Virus record (IMG/VR): IMGVR_UViG_3300045988_043972
Location: 1-64,000 of that record
Source: a virus
DNA: 64,000 nucleotides
Reading direction: 5' to 3' (one strand)
Numbering within the stretch: the first letter of the stretch is position 1; every line of letters starts with the position of its first letter. This document shows positions 47,740-55,501 of the stretch, one piece after another. The notes under the pieces were generated by a model that made no database searches, had not been told where the DNA came from, and saw nothing but the letters and a program-made list of their open reading frames with translations. The translations under genes were made by a program, and so were the position numbers.

Positions 47740-48126
47740 TTAGTATATATACTCGTCTAATTTCTCATTCCATTGTACCTTCTTATAGTACTTACACTTA
47801 TCAATACTGCTTGTTGTAAGCAGCGTATTAGGTCGTACTAGGTTAATTATAGTAACTACTTCATCCCATTGTTTTGAGGAACCTAATCCAAAAGTAATAG
47901 TCGTAAGTTTGTTACTTTCTAATTTATTGTACTTCCTGATGGGTTCATATACCATTACGTTTTCAAGCTTATCTGAAGTAAGAAGTTCTGTCTTCTGCCC
48001 TACTATAGTAAAACGGTTAAAAGGCAGTTCTTTCCTTCTCAACTTGTTCCATAGCTTGTGTAGTATATTATACTCTTTCCAAAGTATAATAGAACCTGCA
48101 TCAAGCATTAGTGATCTCATCTTCAT
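47740..48126 (-). CDS. Hypothetical protein, 128 aa
   Basis: Intact track ORF with a TAA stop. Confidence 0.6.
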   Translation of the reverse strand: MKMRSLMLDAGSIILWKEYNILHKLWNKLRRKELPFNRFTIVGQKTELLTSDKLENVMVYEPIRKYNKLESNKLTTITFGLGSSKQWDEVVTIINLVRPNTLLTTSSIDKCKYYKKVQWNEKLDEYIY

Positions 48127-48238
48127 CTTTCTTTAATTTTAGTATTATTGTGATTTGTACTCTATCGCCTATTATCTCTGGAATTAGAGCCTTATTCACA
48201 AATACTTCATCTTCGGCTTTTCCCCTCTGTAATATCCC

Positions 48239-48493
48239 CTAAGCTTTAAACTTAGCAATGTATCTACTTAGATTATCAGGAGTAATACCTAAAGTACGTT
48301 TAATATACTTTCTATTTTCTGTAGATATAACATTCTTGTGAATATTAGGGAGTTTTGGAGTGTTAACATCTAACTCTACGAAAGTTGTTAACAACTCCAA
48401 TTCTCTGTCTGTTAGATTAAGTATGCCATTCAGGCTTTTCAGAAATTCCTTTAATAAATCGGTCTTAGGTACAGCCTTAACCAATTTATTCAT
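48239..48493 (-). CDS. Small HTH-like protein, 84 aa (TAG stop; 46-codon in-frame extension to 48101 if read through)
   Basis: ..LTDRELELLTTFVELD..RTLGITPDNLSRYIAKFKA. The stop is TAG 48241-48239 and the next in-frame stop is TGA 48103-48101. Confidence 0.55.
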   Translation of the reverse strand: MNKLVKAVPKTDLLKEFLKSLNGILNLTDRELELLTTFVELDVNTPKLPNIHKNVISTENRKYIKRTLGITPDNLSRYIAKFKA

Positions 48494-48866
48494 TTGTCAA
48501 TTCTTCTCTAACTTTATTTAATACTTTAGTAAGATTATAGTATACTGTTTCAGCTTCTACTTTAACACAAGGTTGTATATTACCTTCGTTATACTTGTCC
48601 ATTACTTCTTTGTAGTCTTTCTCATACTGGTCAAGTAAGTTGTCAATAAACTCAACGGTGCTGTTGATCTTATCTTCTTTCTGATCAGAATCCTCTTTCA
48701 GCAAACCTTCGTTACACATGTCTTTAACAGTATTACCGTCAATCATTGCAGATCTGAAACTATCACCTTCTTTTACATCCATAGTAAAAGCTTTAAGCTC
48801 ACCATCCCAAGTGAGTGTATCATTTGCTTTGAAAAAGCCGAAATCTTTTCTAAATGTGTATTTCAT
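48486..48866 (-). CDS. Hypothetical protein, 126 aa
   Basis: Intact track ORF. Confidence 0.6.
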   Translation of the reverse strand: MKYTFRKDFGFFKANDTLTWDGELKAFTMDVKEGDSFRSAMIDGNTVKDMCNEGLLKEDSDQKEDKINSTVEFIDNLLDQYEKDYKEVMDKYNEGNIQPCVKVEAETVYYNLTKVLNKVREELTNE

Positions 48867-48991
48867 AATTATTTCCTATTTTTATCATTAAGTCCCCATA
48901 TGGCTAACCATATTATGGAAAAGCAGAGACCTATTACTATTAATTTTTCCATATGCCTATAAAACGTTAGTTGTGAATAATTGTTAATAGC

Positions 48992-49012
48992 TTTTAACAT
49001 TTGTTAACAATT
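48992..49012. promoter_or_regulatory. TTAACA-N4-TTAACA intergenic motif copy
   Basis: ttttaacatttgttaacaatt, with 18 of 21 positions identical to 49922-49942. Lies between two minus-strand genes. Confidence 0.4.
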
Positions 49013-49022
49013 AATTAATATA

Positions 49023-49051
49023 TAAAAAGAAAGCCCGACCTAAGTCGAGCT
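49023..49051 (-). terminator. Rho-independent terminator
   Basis: Minus strand has AGCTCGAC-TTAG-GTCGGGCT followed by TTCTTTTT. Confidence 0.55.
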
Positions 49052-49120
49052 CTCAGTGCCTTTCAGCGGGTTAAAATTTATGTTGAACCTTTTTGATTAT
49101 GAAAAATTTAATTAGATATA

Positions 49121-49471
49121 TTACTTAACGGCAACAATGTCGTAAGGTTTCACTAATTGTGTATCTTTTAGTAGATCAAAATACATTGCAAACTTCTTAT
49201 TATAAGCAACTGTATCACCAACCTTAAATTTGACATCTGTTAAGTGTGAAGGAATCTGTAACACAATACCTGTAGCCCAATCAGATTCTACTTCCTTGGT
49301 TTCAGTCTTAGTATCATACTCATTGAAACCATCTTCATCTACTTTACCATTAGGTACTTGTTCTGTAAACTCCTTAGTAACCATAATTGCAGGCAGTGGT
49401 TTAACCAACACATCCTTCAATACTTCCCACTTAATGCCATTAACTACTGTTTCTAGTACTTTATCTTCCAT
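49121..49471 (-). CDS. Hypothetical protein, 116 aa (GroES/Cpn10-like pattern, weak)
   Basis: Intact track ORF. ..VLVKPLP..KVGDTVAYNK..YDIVAVK loosely resembles co-chaperonin layout. Confidence 0.55.
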   Translation of the reverse strand: MEDKVLETVVNGIKWEVLKDVLVKPLPAIMVTKEFTEQVPNGKVDEDGFNEYDTKTETKEVESDWATGIVLQIPSHLTDVKFKVGDTVAYNKKFAMYFDLLKDTQLVKPYDIVAVK

Positions 49472-49503
49472 ATTCTTTTTACTTAGTTTCTAACTATAAC
49501 GTA

Positions 49504-49788
49504 TTATTTCTTATTTGGTTCTGCTTCTACTATGATATTTCCTCCATTTGAAGTACAATATGTTACAGCTCTCTGTGGGCATTGTTTACCCATAAAGCAA
49601 CAACCATCACAAGTACCTAGAGGAGAACTCTCTATATGGTATCTGTTACCTTGAATTTCTACTACTTCTCTATTCTTGATTATCTCTGCTAATTCTGGAT
49701 CGTATAGTGTCATACCTAATTGTGTATTAATGTTATATAAGTAATTTCTAGCTTCTTCTACTTGTTTTCTAGTTACTTTTGTATTCAT
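49504..49788 (-). CDS. Cys-rich hypothetical protein, 94 aa; first gene of the minus-strand arm
   Basis: Intact track ORF. Contains CDGCCFMGKQCPQRAVTYC. Confidence 0.6.
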   Translation of the reverse strand: MNTKVTRKQVEEARNYLYNINTQLGMTLYDPELAEIIKNREVVEIQGNRYHIESSPLGTCDGCCFMGKQCPQRAVTYCTSNGGNIIVEAEPNKK

Positions 49789-49921
49789 ATGTGTTTATTA
49801 AAGTAAAGGTACAATAGTAGTTAAAACTAATACTCTTACTTTAGATTACAATAACTAGTAAGTACTACTATCCCCTCTTACTCCCCTTATAACGTCTCTT
49901 ATATGTGTTTGGTTCCCATTC

Positions 49922-49942
49922 CTTTAACATTTATTAACAATG
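49922..49942. promoter_or_regulatory. TTAACA-N4-TTAACA motif copy in the divergent region
   Basis: ctttaacatttattaacaatg. A further related copy tttaacattatttaacaaaa lies at 49967-49986. Confidence 0.4.
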
Positions 49943-50442
49943 TTTAAAGCTATTTAACTACAGAAATTTAACATTATTTAACAAAAAATATTATAAAAAA
50001 TTTTGGGGGATAAAAATTTAGGGAGGGGTTGTGCGTGTGAGGAGTAGTACACCAAGTCATCCCCTCCTACCAAAAACTGGGGGAAGTCCCCGTATTGTTT
50101 TATCAAATCAAAATTACGATTATGGCATTACTATGTATGTATCCTTGGTTAGCATATGCTTTCTTTGGAGCTTATTTTGTATTCTTAATTTGCTACTTAT
50201 GGAGTATGTTGAAGACGAATTCACAGACGCATTAATTGATGCTATCTGTGGTGAGGACTTATCCTCACCATCTATCTAACAGGGGCATTTCAGCCTCTGT
50301 TAGCATCTATTGGGGATAGGTAAGTTCTACTTATGTTAGTAGGTAATAAATGAAGTTTTAGGATAGATTAACATCGAGTCCTATTACCCTTATCTATCCT
50401 CATTTGATTAGATTGAACGGTAAAAAGCTGTTGCGTACTCTT

Positions 50443-50470
50443 ACATTTATTAACATTTAATTCAATTAAC
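50443..50470 (+). promoter_or_regulatory. Related TTAACA motif directly upstream of the first plus-strand gene
   Basis: acatttattaacatttaattcaattaac ends 1 nt before ATG 50472. Confidence 0.35.
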
Positions 50471-50471
50471 T

Positions 50472-50681
50472 ATGAAACAGAGTGAAAAACTGTTGAAGTT
50501 GAAAGATGCTGGTACTATACTGATTAACCTAGGCATTCTTGTAATGTGCATTACTCCTGTTATTATGGTAGCAAGAGAAGTATATGACTTTCATGCTTGG
50601 TTGACAGTATGGAGGTGGGGAGTAGGTATAGCTTTCAGTGGGCTAGTCATCCGCATAGCAAGATTCTTGTATTTGTGGTAA
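50472..50681 (+). CDS. Small two-TM membrane protein, 69 aa
   Basis: Intact track ORF followed by a terminator. Confidence 0.6.
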   Translation: MKQSEKLLKLKDAGTILINLGILVMCITPVIMVAREVYDFHAWLTVWRWGVGIAFSGLVIRIARFLYLW

Positions 50682-50690
50682 ATTAGTCTT

Positions 50691-50718
50691 GGGCAGTCCT
50701 TAGCGGCTGCCCTTTTTA
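50691..50718 (+). terminator. Rho-independent terminator
   Basis: GGGCAG..CTGCCC followed by TTTTTATT. Confidence 0.6.
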
Positions 50719-50825
50719 TTGTATTTTATAGCTTGAGATAGAATATATAGTGTAGTTTGTATAAGCTAGCTTAAAGCTGCGCACAGGGGCAAGTCAAGCA
50801 CACCTACCAAGAATTGGGGACGCAT

Positions 50826-50929
50826 GAAGAGGAAGGAATAATGGAGAATTGAGAGCGTAGTTATTGGGGTTCGGTCATGTTCCTAGCGGTGTACTATACA
50901 TATCATCACTCTTTTCCTTCCTTTTCTTC
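50826..50929 (+). promoter_or_regulatory. Structured 5' leader of gene 50999..51715
   Basis: GAAGAGGAAGGAA (50826-50838) pairs with TTCCTTCCT-ttt-CTTC (50914-50929), 9+4 bp enclosing about 75 nt. Confidence 0.4.
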
Positions 50930-50998
50930 GCCCTTTATTTAGTCATTCAGACCAATATATAGCTTTTCGATTATTCACCAATTAAAAATACATGTATT

Positions 50999-51715
50999 AT
51001 GGCACGTTACAAATTAATGAATGTTCAAATTAAGAAAGTTGGACAAAAACCTGACGGTACAATTGACGCAACTATTAATCCAGACGGAAAACGTCGTTTT
51101 ATGACTGCATCATTAATACCAACAGCAGGTGTATGGGCAGCAGCAGCTGGCTCATTACCACCAGTGTTTGATGAAGCAATCATCAGAATGTATGAACCAT
51201 TGTTATCTCAACAGAACGGAGGAACTGCACAAGCAGACCAACCATTACCTGATGAGTTAGCATATCTCAATGGAGCATGGGCTGAATGGATTGCACCTGC
51301 ACCTTTTTACAAGAAATATCTTGTAGGAGTTGCAGCACGTAAACCAACAGCATTAGCACCACAAGGTAGACCAGCTTATCCAGCAGGTCACAGAGTTATG
51401 AATGCAGACGGTTCTGCACCAGTTATTTACACATCTATTCGTGTATTTACCATATTTGGTAGAGACGAAGACTTAGGTAATGAAATAGTTTACCGTCCAG
51501 GTTTTAGTGTAAATGAATTAGGTGTAGCTCAGTTCAGTAATTACTGTGAGTATGTACAACCACAAACTGCGCCAGTAATTGCACCACAGGATGATGTAAT
51601 GGGAGACGCAACAGTTCAGCAACCAGCACAAGCTACTGTACAACCACAAACTGTAGCTCAGCAGCAACCAGCATTCGTACAACAACCTCAGCAACCACAA
51701 GGAGCTATGGTTTAA
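50999..51715 (+). CDS. Hypothetical early protein with Gln/Pro-rich C-terminus, 238 aa
   Basis: Intact ORF, visibly G+C-richer. ..QQPAQATVQPQTVAQQQPAFVQQPQQPQ. Followed by a strong terminator. Confidence 0.75.
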   Translation: MARYKLMNVQIKKVGQKPDGTIDATINPDGKRRFMTASLIPTAGVWAAAAGSLPPVFDEAIIRMYEPLLSQQNGGTAQADQPLPDELAYLNGAWAEWIAPAPFYKKYLVGVAARKPTALAPQGRPAYPAGHRVMNADGSAPVIYTSIRVFTIFGRDEDLGNEIVYRPGFSVNELGVAQFSNYCEYVQPQTAPVIAPQDDVMGDATVQQPAQATVQPQTVAQQQPAFVQQPQQPQGAMV

Positions 51716-51724
51716 TAAAAGATT

Positions 51725-51752
51725 GTCACTCTTCGGAGTGACTTTCTTTTTT
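51725..51752 (+). terminator. Rho-independent terminator
   Basis: GTCACTC-TTCG-GAGTGAC followed by TTTCTTTTTT. Confidence 0.7.
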
Positions 51753-51796
51753 ATTGTCAATAACAACACATAATTAAAATAGAAACTTTCATTAAT

Positions 51797-51880
51797 ATGG
51801 AATGGTCACAGATACAATTTGCAGGAGGAATAATCATAATATGTATAATTATATACTATTATTTAAAAGAAAAGGAATAA
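51797..51880 (+). CDS. Possible 27-aa hydrophobic micro-protein
   Basis: MEWSQIQFAGGIIIICIIIYYYLKEKE. Below the track's size cut-off. Confidence 0.3.
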   Translation: MEWSQIQFAGGIIIICIIIYYYLKEKE

Positions 51881-52557
51881 CAACTAATATAATTTGATAA
51901 TAAGTTTTAGGTGTAAAATGCAAGAGATTTTCTGAAAAATTAAACTAACAATTACACGGTCTGTGAAGATAGTGTAATTTCACATGTATTATTACTTTAA
52001 TGCAACCAATGAGGGCCGTGACAAGTCGGTGGACAATGCAGAGTCAAAGTAATTAATTATTATTTATCCTTAATTTATATGCACAATAAATTATTGATAT
52101 TTAATAGTTAAATAATCCACGTGGTAGAGACATAGTTAGGTTCGCTATGTGTGCAACTCTTAGTAGTAACTAATCCAAGCAAGTAAGGAGAATAACCTCA
52201 ACCAAGAGAAAGTGTGAAATGGTGCTTGACAGTCTGATACTAACTGAACAATAAGTATCATTTAAAGTAAGAGAATAGCATAGTTATTGCTGCGCATAAC
52301 TGCAAATTATGAGAGCGAATATAATGCGCTTACTTTATTCTTGATTAAATTATAATAATATAATACCTCTCACGTAACCTCCGACTACTACATGTAAAAT
52401 CCGTGCTAATAAGGTATTGTAGTAGTCTTCTCTATCAATAAATACAACCTCATCGTGGTGATAGAGTCTAGTAACATGTTAAAAACAAAACCTTCCTAGT
52501 TTGCATGTGAAGCTAATGTATTTAAATTATTTAACAGTATTAACAAATTAAATATTA
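51881..52557 (+). ncRNA. ORF-free structured block A (candidate large ncRNA; strand inferred from context)
   Basis: No track ORF on either strand. Helices: GACTACTACA/TGTAGTAGTC (52383-92/52418-27), CTCTATCA/TGATAGAG (52430-37/52459-66), AAAGTAAG/CTTACTTT (52264-71/52329-36). Confidence 0.4.
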
Positions 52558-52659
52558 ATGACAACATTTTTCAATTTACTTCTATTTATAGGAGCAATTG
52601 CTGTTGTTTTCCTAGTAATACATGAAGGAATTGAATTATGGAAGGAAATCAACAAATAG
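52558..52659 (+). CDS. Possible 33-aa hydrophobic micro-protein (TAG stop)
   Basis: MTTFFNLLLFIGAIAVVFLVIHEGIELWKEINK. Confidence 0.3.
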   Translation: MTTFFNLLLFIGAIAVVFLVIHEGIELWKEINK

Positions 52660-52951
52660 TATGATAAGAAGGAGTAGTAATATTCTTAATTCAACAAGCA
52701 AGTTATTAGTAGTAATGGTAACTATAGTAGTTATTATTTATATACTAAAGAACTGGGAGCCTAAAGATCCATATGGTTTTGTGGATTTGCAAATGAGGTT
52801 TAAACATTATGTAGTATCTGATAAATATCAAGAAGATGAAGATACATATGTAATACGTTTAGTAAATCCTGTTACTGGAAATGAATACAAAGCATATATT
52901 GCAGATTATTTATATATGAATGTATACTTTGTAGGTGATACTATTAAATAA
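52622..52951 (+). CDS. Single-TM protein (109 aa; ATG 52661 is an alternative start)
   Basis: Track ORF with TM segment LLVVMVTIVVIIYIL. Confidence 0.55.
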   Translation: MKELNYGRKSTNSMIRRSSNILNSTSKLLVVMVTIVVIIYILKNWEPKDPYGFVDLQMRFKHYVVSDKYQEDEDTYVIRLVNPVTGNEYKAYIADYLYMNVYFVGDTIK

Positions 52952-52958
52952 TTATTAA

Positions 52959-52977
52959 TTTTAAAAACATTATCAAA
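52959..52977 (+). promoter_or_regulatory. Conserved leader motif copy 1 (TTTAAAAACATTATCAAA-ATG)
   Basis: ttttaaaaacattatcaaa abuts ATG 52978. The core AAACATTATCAAAA is also at 55968-55981 and 59651-59664. Confidence 0.45.
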
Positions 52978-53163
52978 ATGGGAAAAAAAAGATCTGCTAC
53001 AGTCCATACAGTGGACGGAGAAGAGTTAACATTCACATCGGTATCATTAGATTACTGCTGTGGAAATAGTAACGGAAGTTTAGTATCAATATGCGGTGAG
53101 AAGTTCGATATCATCGAGACTCCGTCCGTAGTATCTGAACTACTAGATGAACTGGAGGATTGA
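52978..53163 (+). CDS. Hypothetical protein, 61 aa
   Basis: Track ORF. Starts MGKK directly after the leader motif. Confidence 0.6.
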   Translation: MGKKRSATVHTVDGEELTFTSVSLDYCCGNSNGSLVSICGEKFDIIETPSVVSELLDELED

Positions 53164-53618
53164 GTATGGAAGATAATCAATATCCTGTAGTAAAAAAATC
53201 GTCTAATGGATGCTTTTGGACGATATTAGTAGTCATTGCATTAGCAATCGCTACTGGAGTAATAGTGTTTCTGTGTCATGAGCCTATTGCTAAGATTGTT
53301 ACGTCGGAAGACGAATCAGTTTGCATTGATACTGCAAAAGCAGTTGAACATGTACCAACGGTACAAGAAATTCTCAAATTTAGAGAAGACGTAAAAGAGG
53401 GAATGCGCATTGATAGTATATTTTTAGCAATGCCTGAAGCTGTTTTGATTGATATACTTATGACTCATGGTACATCATTGTCGAACAGCGACATTGTTTA
53501 TATATATGAATCAAACAAAGAGCATTTTAAAGATGTATTAAAAGGCGCAGTTATTCAACGCGATATAATTACCCCAATGGATTCTGTGAAGAATCCTCGT
53601 GATTCTCTAAGGCGTTAG
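53160..53618 (+). CDS. Single-TM protein, 152 aa (stops at TAG)
   Basis: Track ORF. The stop is TAG 53616-53618. Confidence 0.65.
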   Translation: MSMEDNQYPVVKKSSNGCFWTILVVIALAIATGVIVFLCHEPIAKIVTSEDESVCIDTAKAVEHVPTVQEILKFREDVKEGMRIDSIFLAMPEAVLIDILMTHGTSLSNSDIVYIYESNKEHFKDVLKGAVIQRDIITPMDSVKNPRDSLRR

Positions 53619-54101
53619 AGAGTAATAATTAACAACAATTTATTACAGTTTTTTGAAGCATTTTGCATAATAGAAATGGTTTAAAAATTTCGACTTAATA
53701 ACTAGTCAGTTCGTGAGAATAGACTAGTCTTCAGAAGATGACAAGCCTGTGGGGCGTAAATAGATATGTCTTGTCAAAAGAATTAGGCCTACATAATTCA
53801 ATTGAGCCCAAGGTGTAGGAACATATCTATGATCGTGCGGACGTTAAAATCAGGTGAGTTCTAAGATTTAGTTTGACAGCTATTTCTGTATGTACTCTGG
53901 AGTAATCCTAAAACATATGAGGGTTTAAATTAACATAGTAATATGTGTGAAGGTGATTTCTTTAATAACAGATGTACAATAGAGCGCTATTGTTTTATAG
54001 TATTAGTCGCGAACCCGTAGCACTGCGGTAAATTATTCTGTATATAGTGCTGTATACAGACGTCATCAATTTTACTAACAATTAAAACTTAAGCTTATGT
54101 A
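53619..54101 (+). ncRNA. ORF-free structured block B (candidate ncRNA)
   Basis: No track ORF. Helices: ACTAGTC/GACTAGT (53701-07/53722-28); ATAGATATGT/ACATATCTAT (53760-69/53821-30) enclosing CCTACA/TGTAGG; ACAATAG-agcg-CTATTGT near 53976-93. Confidence 0.4.
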
Positions 54102-54359
54102 ATGAAAACAAAAAAATCGGAATCCAAAAGGCAAATTACCAGTATAATATTGCATACTGGACATTTGTATGCTAACATTTTAGCATTAAATAAAATACTA
54201 GGTATACCTTTTAGTGAAGCTAGAAGATTAGCTAGAAGTAAACCAAGTGAAGAAATTCATCTATGTCCATACTTAGATCTTAATTCAAATATGTCTACTG
54301 ATGATATTAAGAATGAATTAGATGAGTATGAAATAGAAATAAAAATAATTAATCAATAA
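54102..54359 (+). CDS. Hypothetical protein, 85 aa
   Basis: Track ORF. Confidence 0.6.
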   Translation: MKTKKSESKRQITSIILHTGHLYANILALNKILGIPFSEARRLARSKPSEEIHLCPYLDLNSNMSTDDIKNELDEYEIEIKIINQ

Positions 54360-54361
54360 TT

Positions 54362-54832
54362 ATGAAAGCAATTGTAATTTTATTTGAAGGCGATTATGTA
54401 AGTAATGCTCGTAAAGATGTAACTATCCGTGACATTGCTAATGCTGTAACTCAACACATAAAAATAGAGTCAGACAGTTTAAAAATTGTTGATTTCGAAG
54501 ATGTTGATGTAGCTAAGATATTAGTATCAAAAGCAGAAACAATAACATCTAAGGAGCCAAATCTTGAAGAACTTACAACAATATTCTGTGATAATATTAT
54601 CACAAAAGTAGGTAATCCGGTAAACTTTAGCAATGAAAGTTTATTCAAGGTAGAGTTTGTAAAAAGATTCCTTAATGATGAGGATATCCGCAAACAAAAT
54701 ACAGATATGATTAAATATCTAATATCTGCTGGAAGACTACAGCCTAGTTGCAAAAAAGTTCTTGAGGCTAAACATCTTTCAAATATTCCATATTATTTGA
54801 AAGAAATCAACGGTATGTTAAAACTCTTTTAA
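54362..54832 (+). CDS. Hypothetical protein, 156 aa
   Basis: Track ORF starting 2 nt after the previous stop. Confidence 0.65.
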   Translation: MKAIVILFEGDYVSNARKDVTIRDIANAVTQHIKIESDSLKIVDFEDVDVAKILVSKAETITSKEPNLEELTTIFCDNIITKVGNPVNFSNESLFKVEFVKRFLNDEDIRKQNTDMIKYLISAGRLQPSCKKVLEAKHLSNIPYYLKEINGMLKLF

Positions 54833-54834
54833 TT

Positions 54835-54933
54835 ATGGGAAAGAATAAGGAGAAAGAAGTAAAAACTAAGACGGAATATAAAAAACGTCCTAAGCATAAG
54901 AAAATGGAACCTTATAATCGTAAAAAGGCATGA
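54835..54933 (+). CDS. Possible 32-aa Lys-rich micro-protein
   Basis: MGKNKEKEVKTKTEYKKRPKHKKMEPYNRKKA. Its TGA overlaps the next ATG (ATGA). Confidence 0.35.
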   Translation: MGKNKEKEVKTKTEYKKRPKHKKMEPYNRKKA

Positions 54934-55337
54934 TTGAATTAAGTAAAGAAAAACCGTATGAAGATGCATGCAAATTGCTAGGTCTTCGTCCTGTAGCTAA
55001 TTATAAAAGCTACAAATTAACAGATGAAACTAGGAACTTCATCAAGTTAGAAACTATTGCAAAAGCTTTGAATGAAGGCTGGAAACCTAAAGTAACAGAT
55101 CCAAAAGAAGTAAGATATTACATATGGGGCTGGAACTATACAGATAACCAAAAACCTTCGGGCTTGCTCTTTGTTGGTTCTGGCGATGGGCTCGGCCTTG
55201 CTGATGCTGATGTCGGTACTTCCTTGGAATTCAAAGACAGAGATACAGCAAAAGAATTTGCAAGAATATGTAAACCCATGATTGTCAAACATTTATTTGG
55301 TCGAGATGATCATGAAAACTTCAAATTCAATTTCTAA
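54930..55337 (+). CDS. DGR target 2: small cytoplasmic-looking variable protein, 135 aa
   Basis: Track ORF. ..RYYIWGWNYTDNQKPSGLLFVGSGDGLGLADADVGTSLEF.. parallels the VR1-encoded end of 8031..9272. No signal peptide or TM segment is visible. Confidence 0.8.
   Translation: MIELSKEKPYEDACKLLGLRPVANYKSYKLTDETRNFIKLETIAKALNEGWKPKVTDPKEVRYYIWGWNYTDNQKPSGLLFVGSGDGLGLADADVGTSLEFKDRDTAKEFARICKPMIVKHLFGRDDHENFKFNF
55157..55219 (+). repeat. DGR variable repeat VR2 (remote, opposite strand to TR)
   Basis: Gap-free alignment to the reverse complement of 7904-7966. By hand I count 17 mismatches in 63 nt, all at TR adenines; every non-A position is identical. Confidence 0.85.
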
Positions 55338-55464
55338 CGAATGCCCTACACGAGATAATATTATCAACTGTAGTGAATGTGATCTTGAGTGTAAACTCAG
55401 AATGGCAACGAATAACAAGCAAGAGGTTCCGCCAGAGCCTCTGCCCGCTGTTATATATTACTAA
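55306..55464 (+). CDS. Small Cys-containing protein (about 52 aa from ATG 55306)
   Basis: Track ORF 55282..55464. It overlaps the end of the VR2 gene. Confidence 0.4.
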   Translation: MIMKTSNSISNECPTRDNIINCSECDLECKLRMATNNKQEVPPEPLPAVIYY

Positions 55465-55501
55465 TTAAATTGTTAGTATGGTGGATTCCAATCAACCCGA
55501 A

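Noticed and set aside
2188-49493. Plus-strand track ORFs inside the minus-strand arm (for example 2188..2451, 4412..4600, 11312..11572, 13052..13450, 20748..21086, 32257..33120, 35734..36285, 37798..38145, 46221..46517, 47490..47819)
   Set aside because: All are antisense to longer, motif-bearing minus-strand genes. They have low-complexity Ser/Leu/Ile/Phe-rich translations typical of the reverse frame of AT-rich coding DNA.
50031-50279. 82-aa ORF in the divergent region as a real gene
   Set aside because: It has a GTG start and its N-terminal half is encoded by the G-tract/inverted-repeat elements. Only the C-terminal hydrophobic part looks protein-like, so I left it unannotated.
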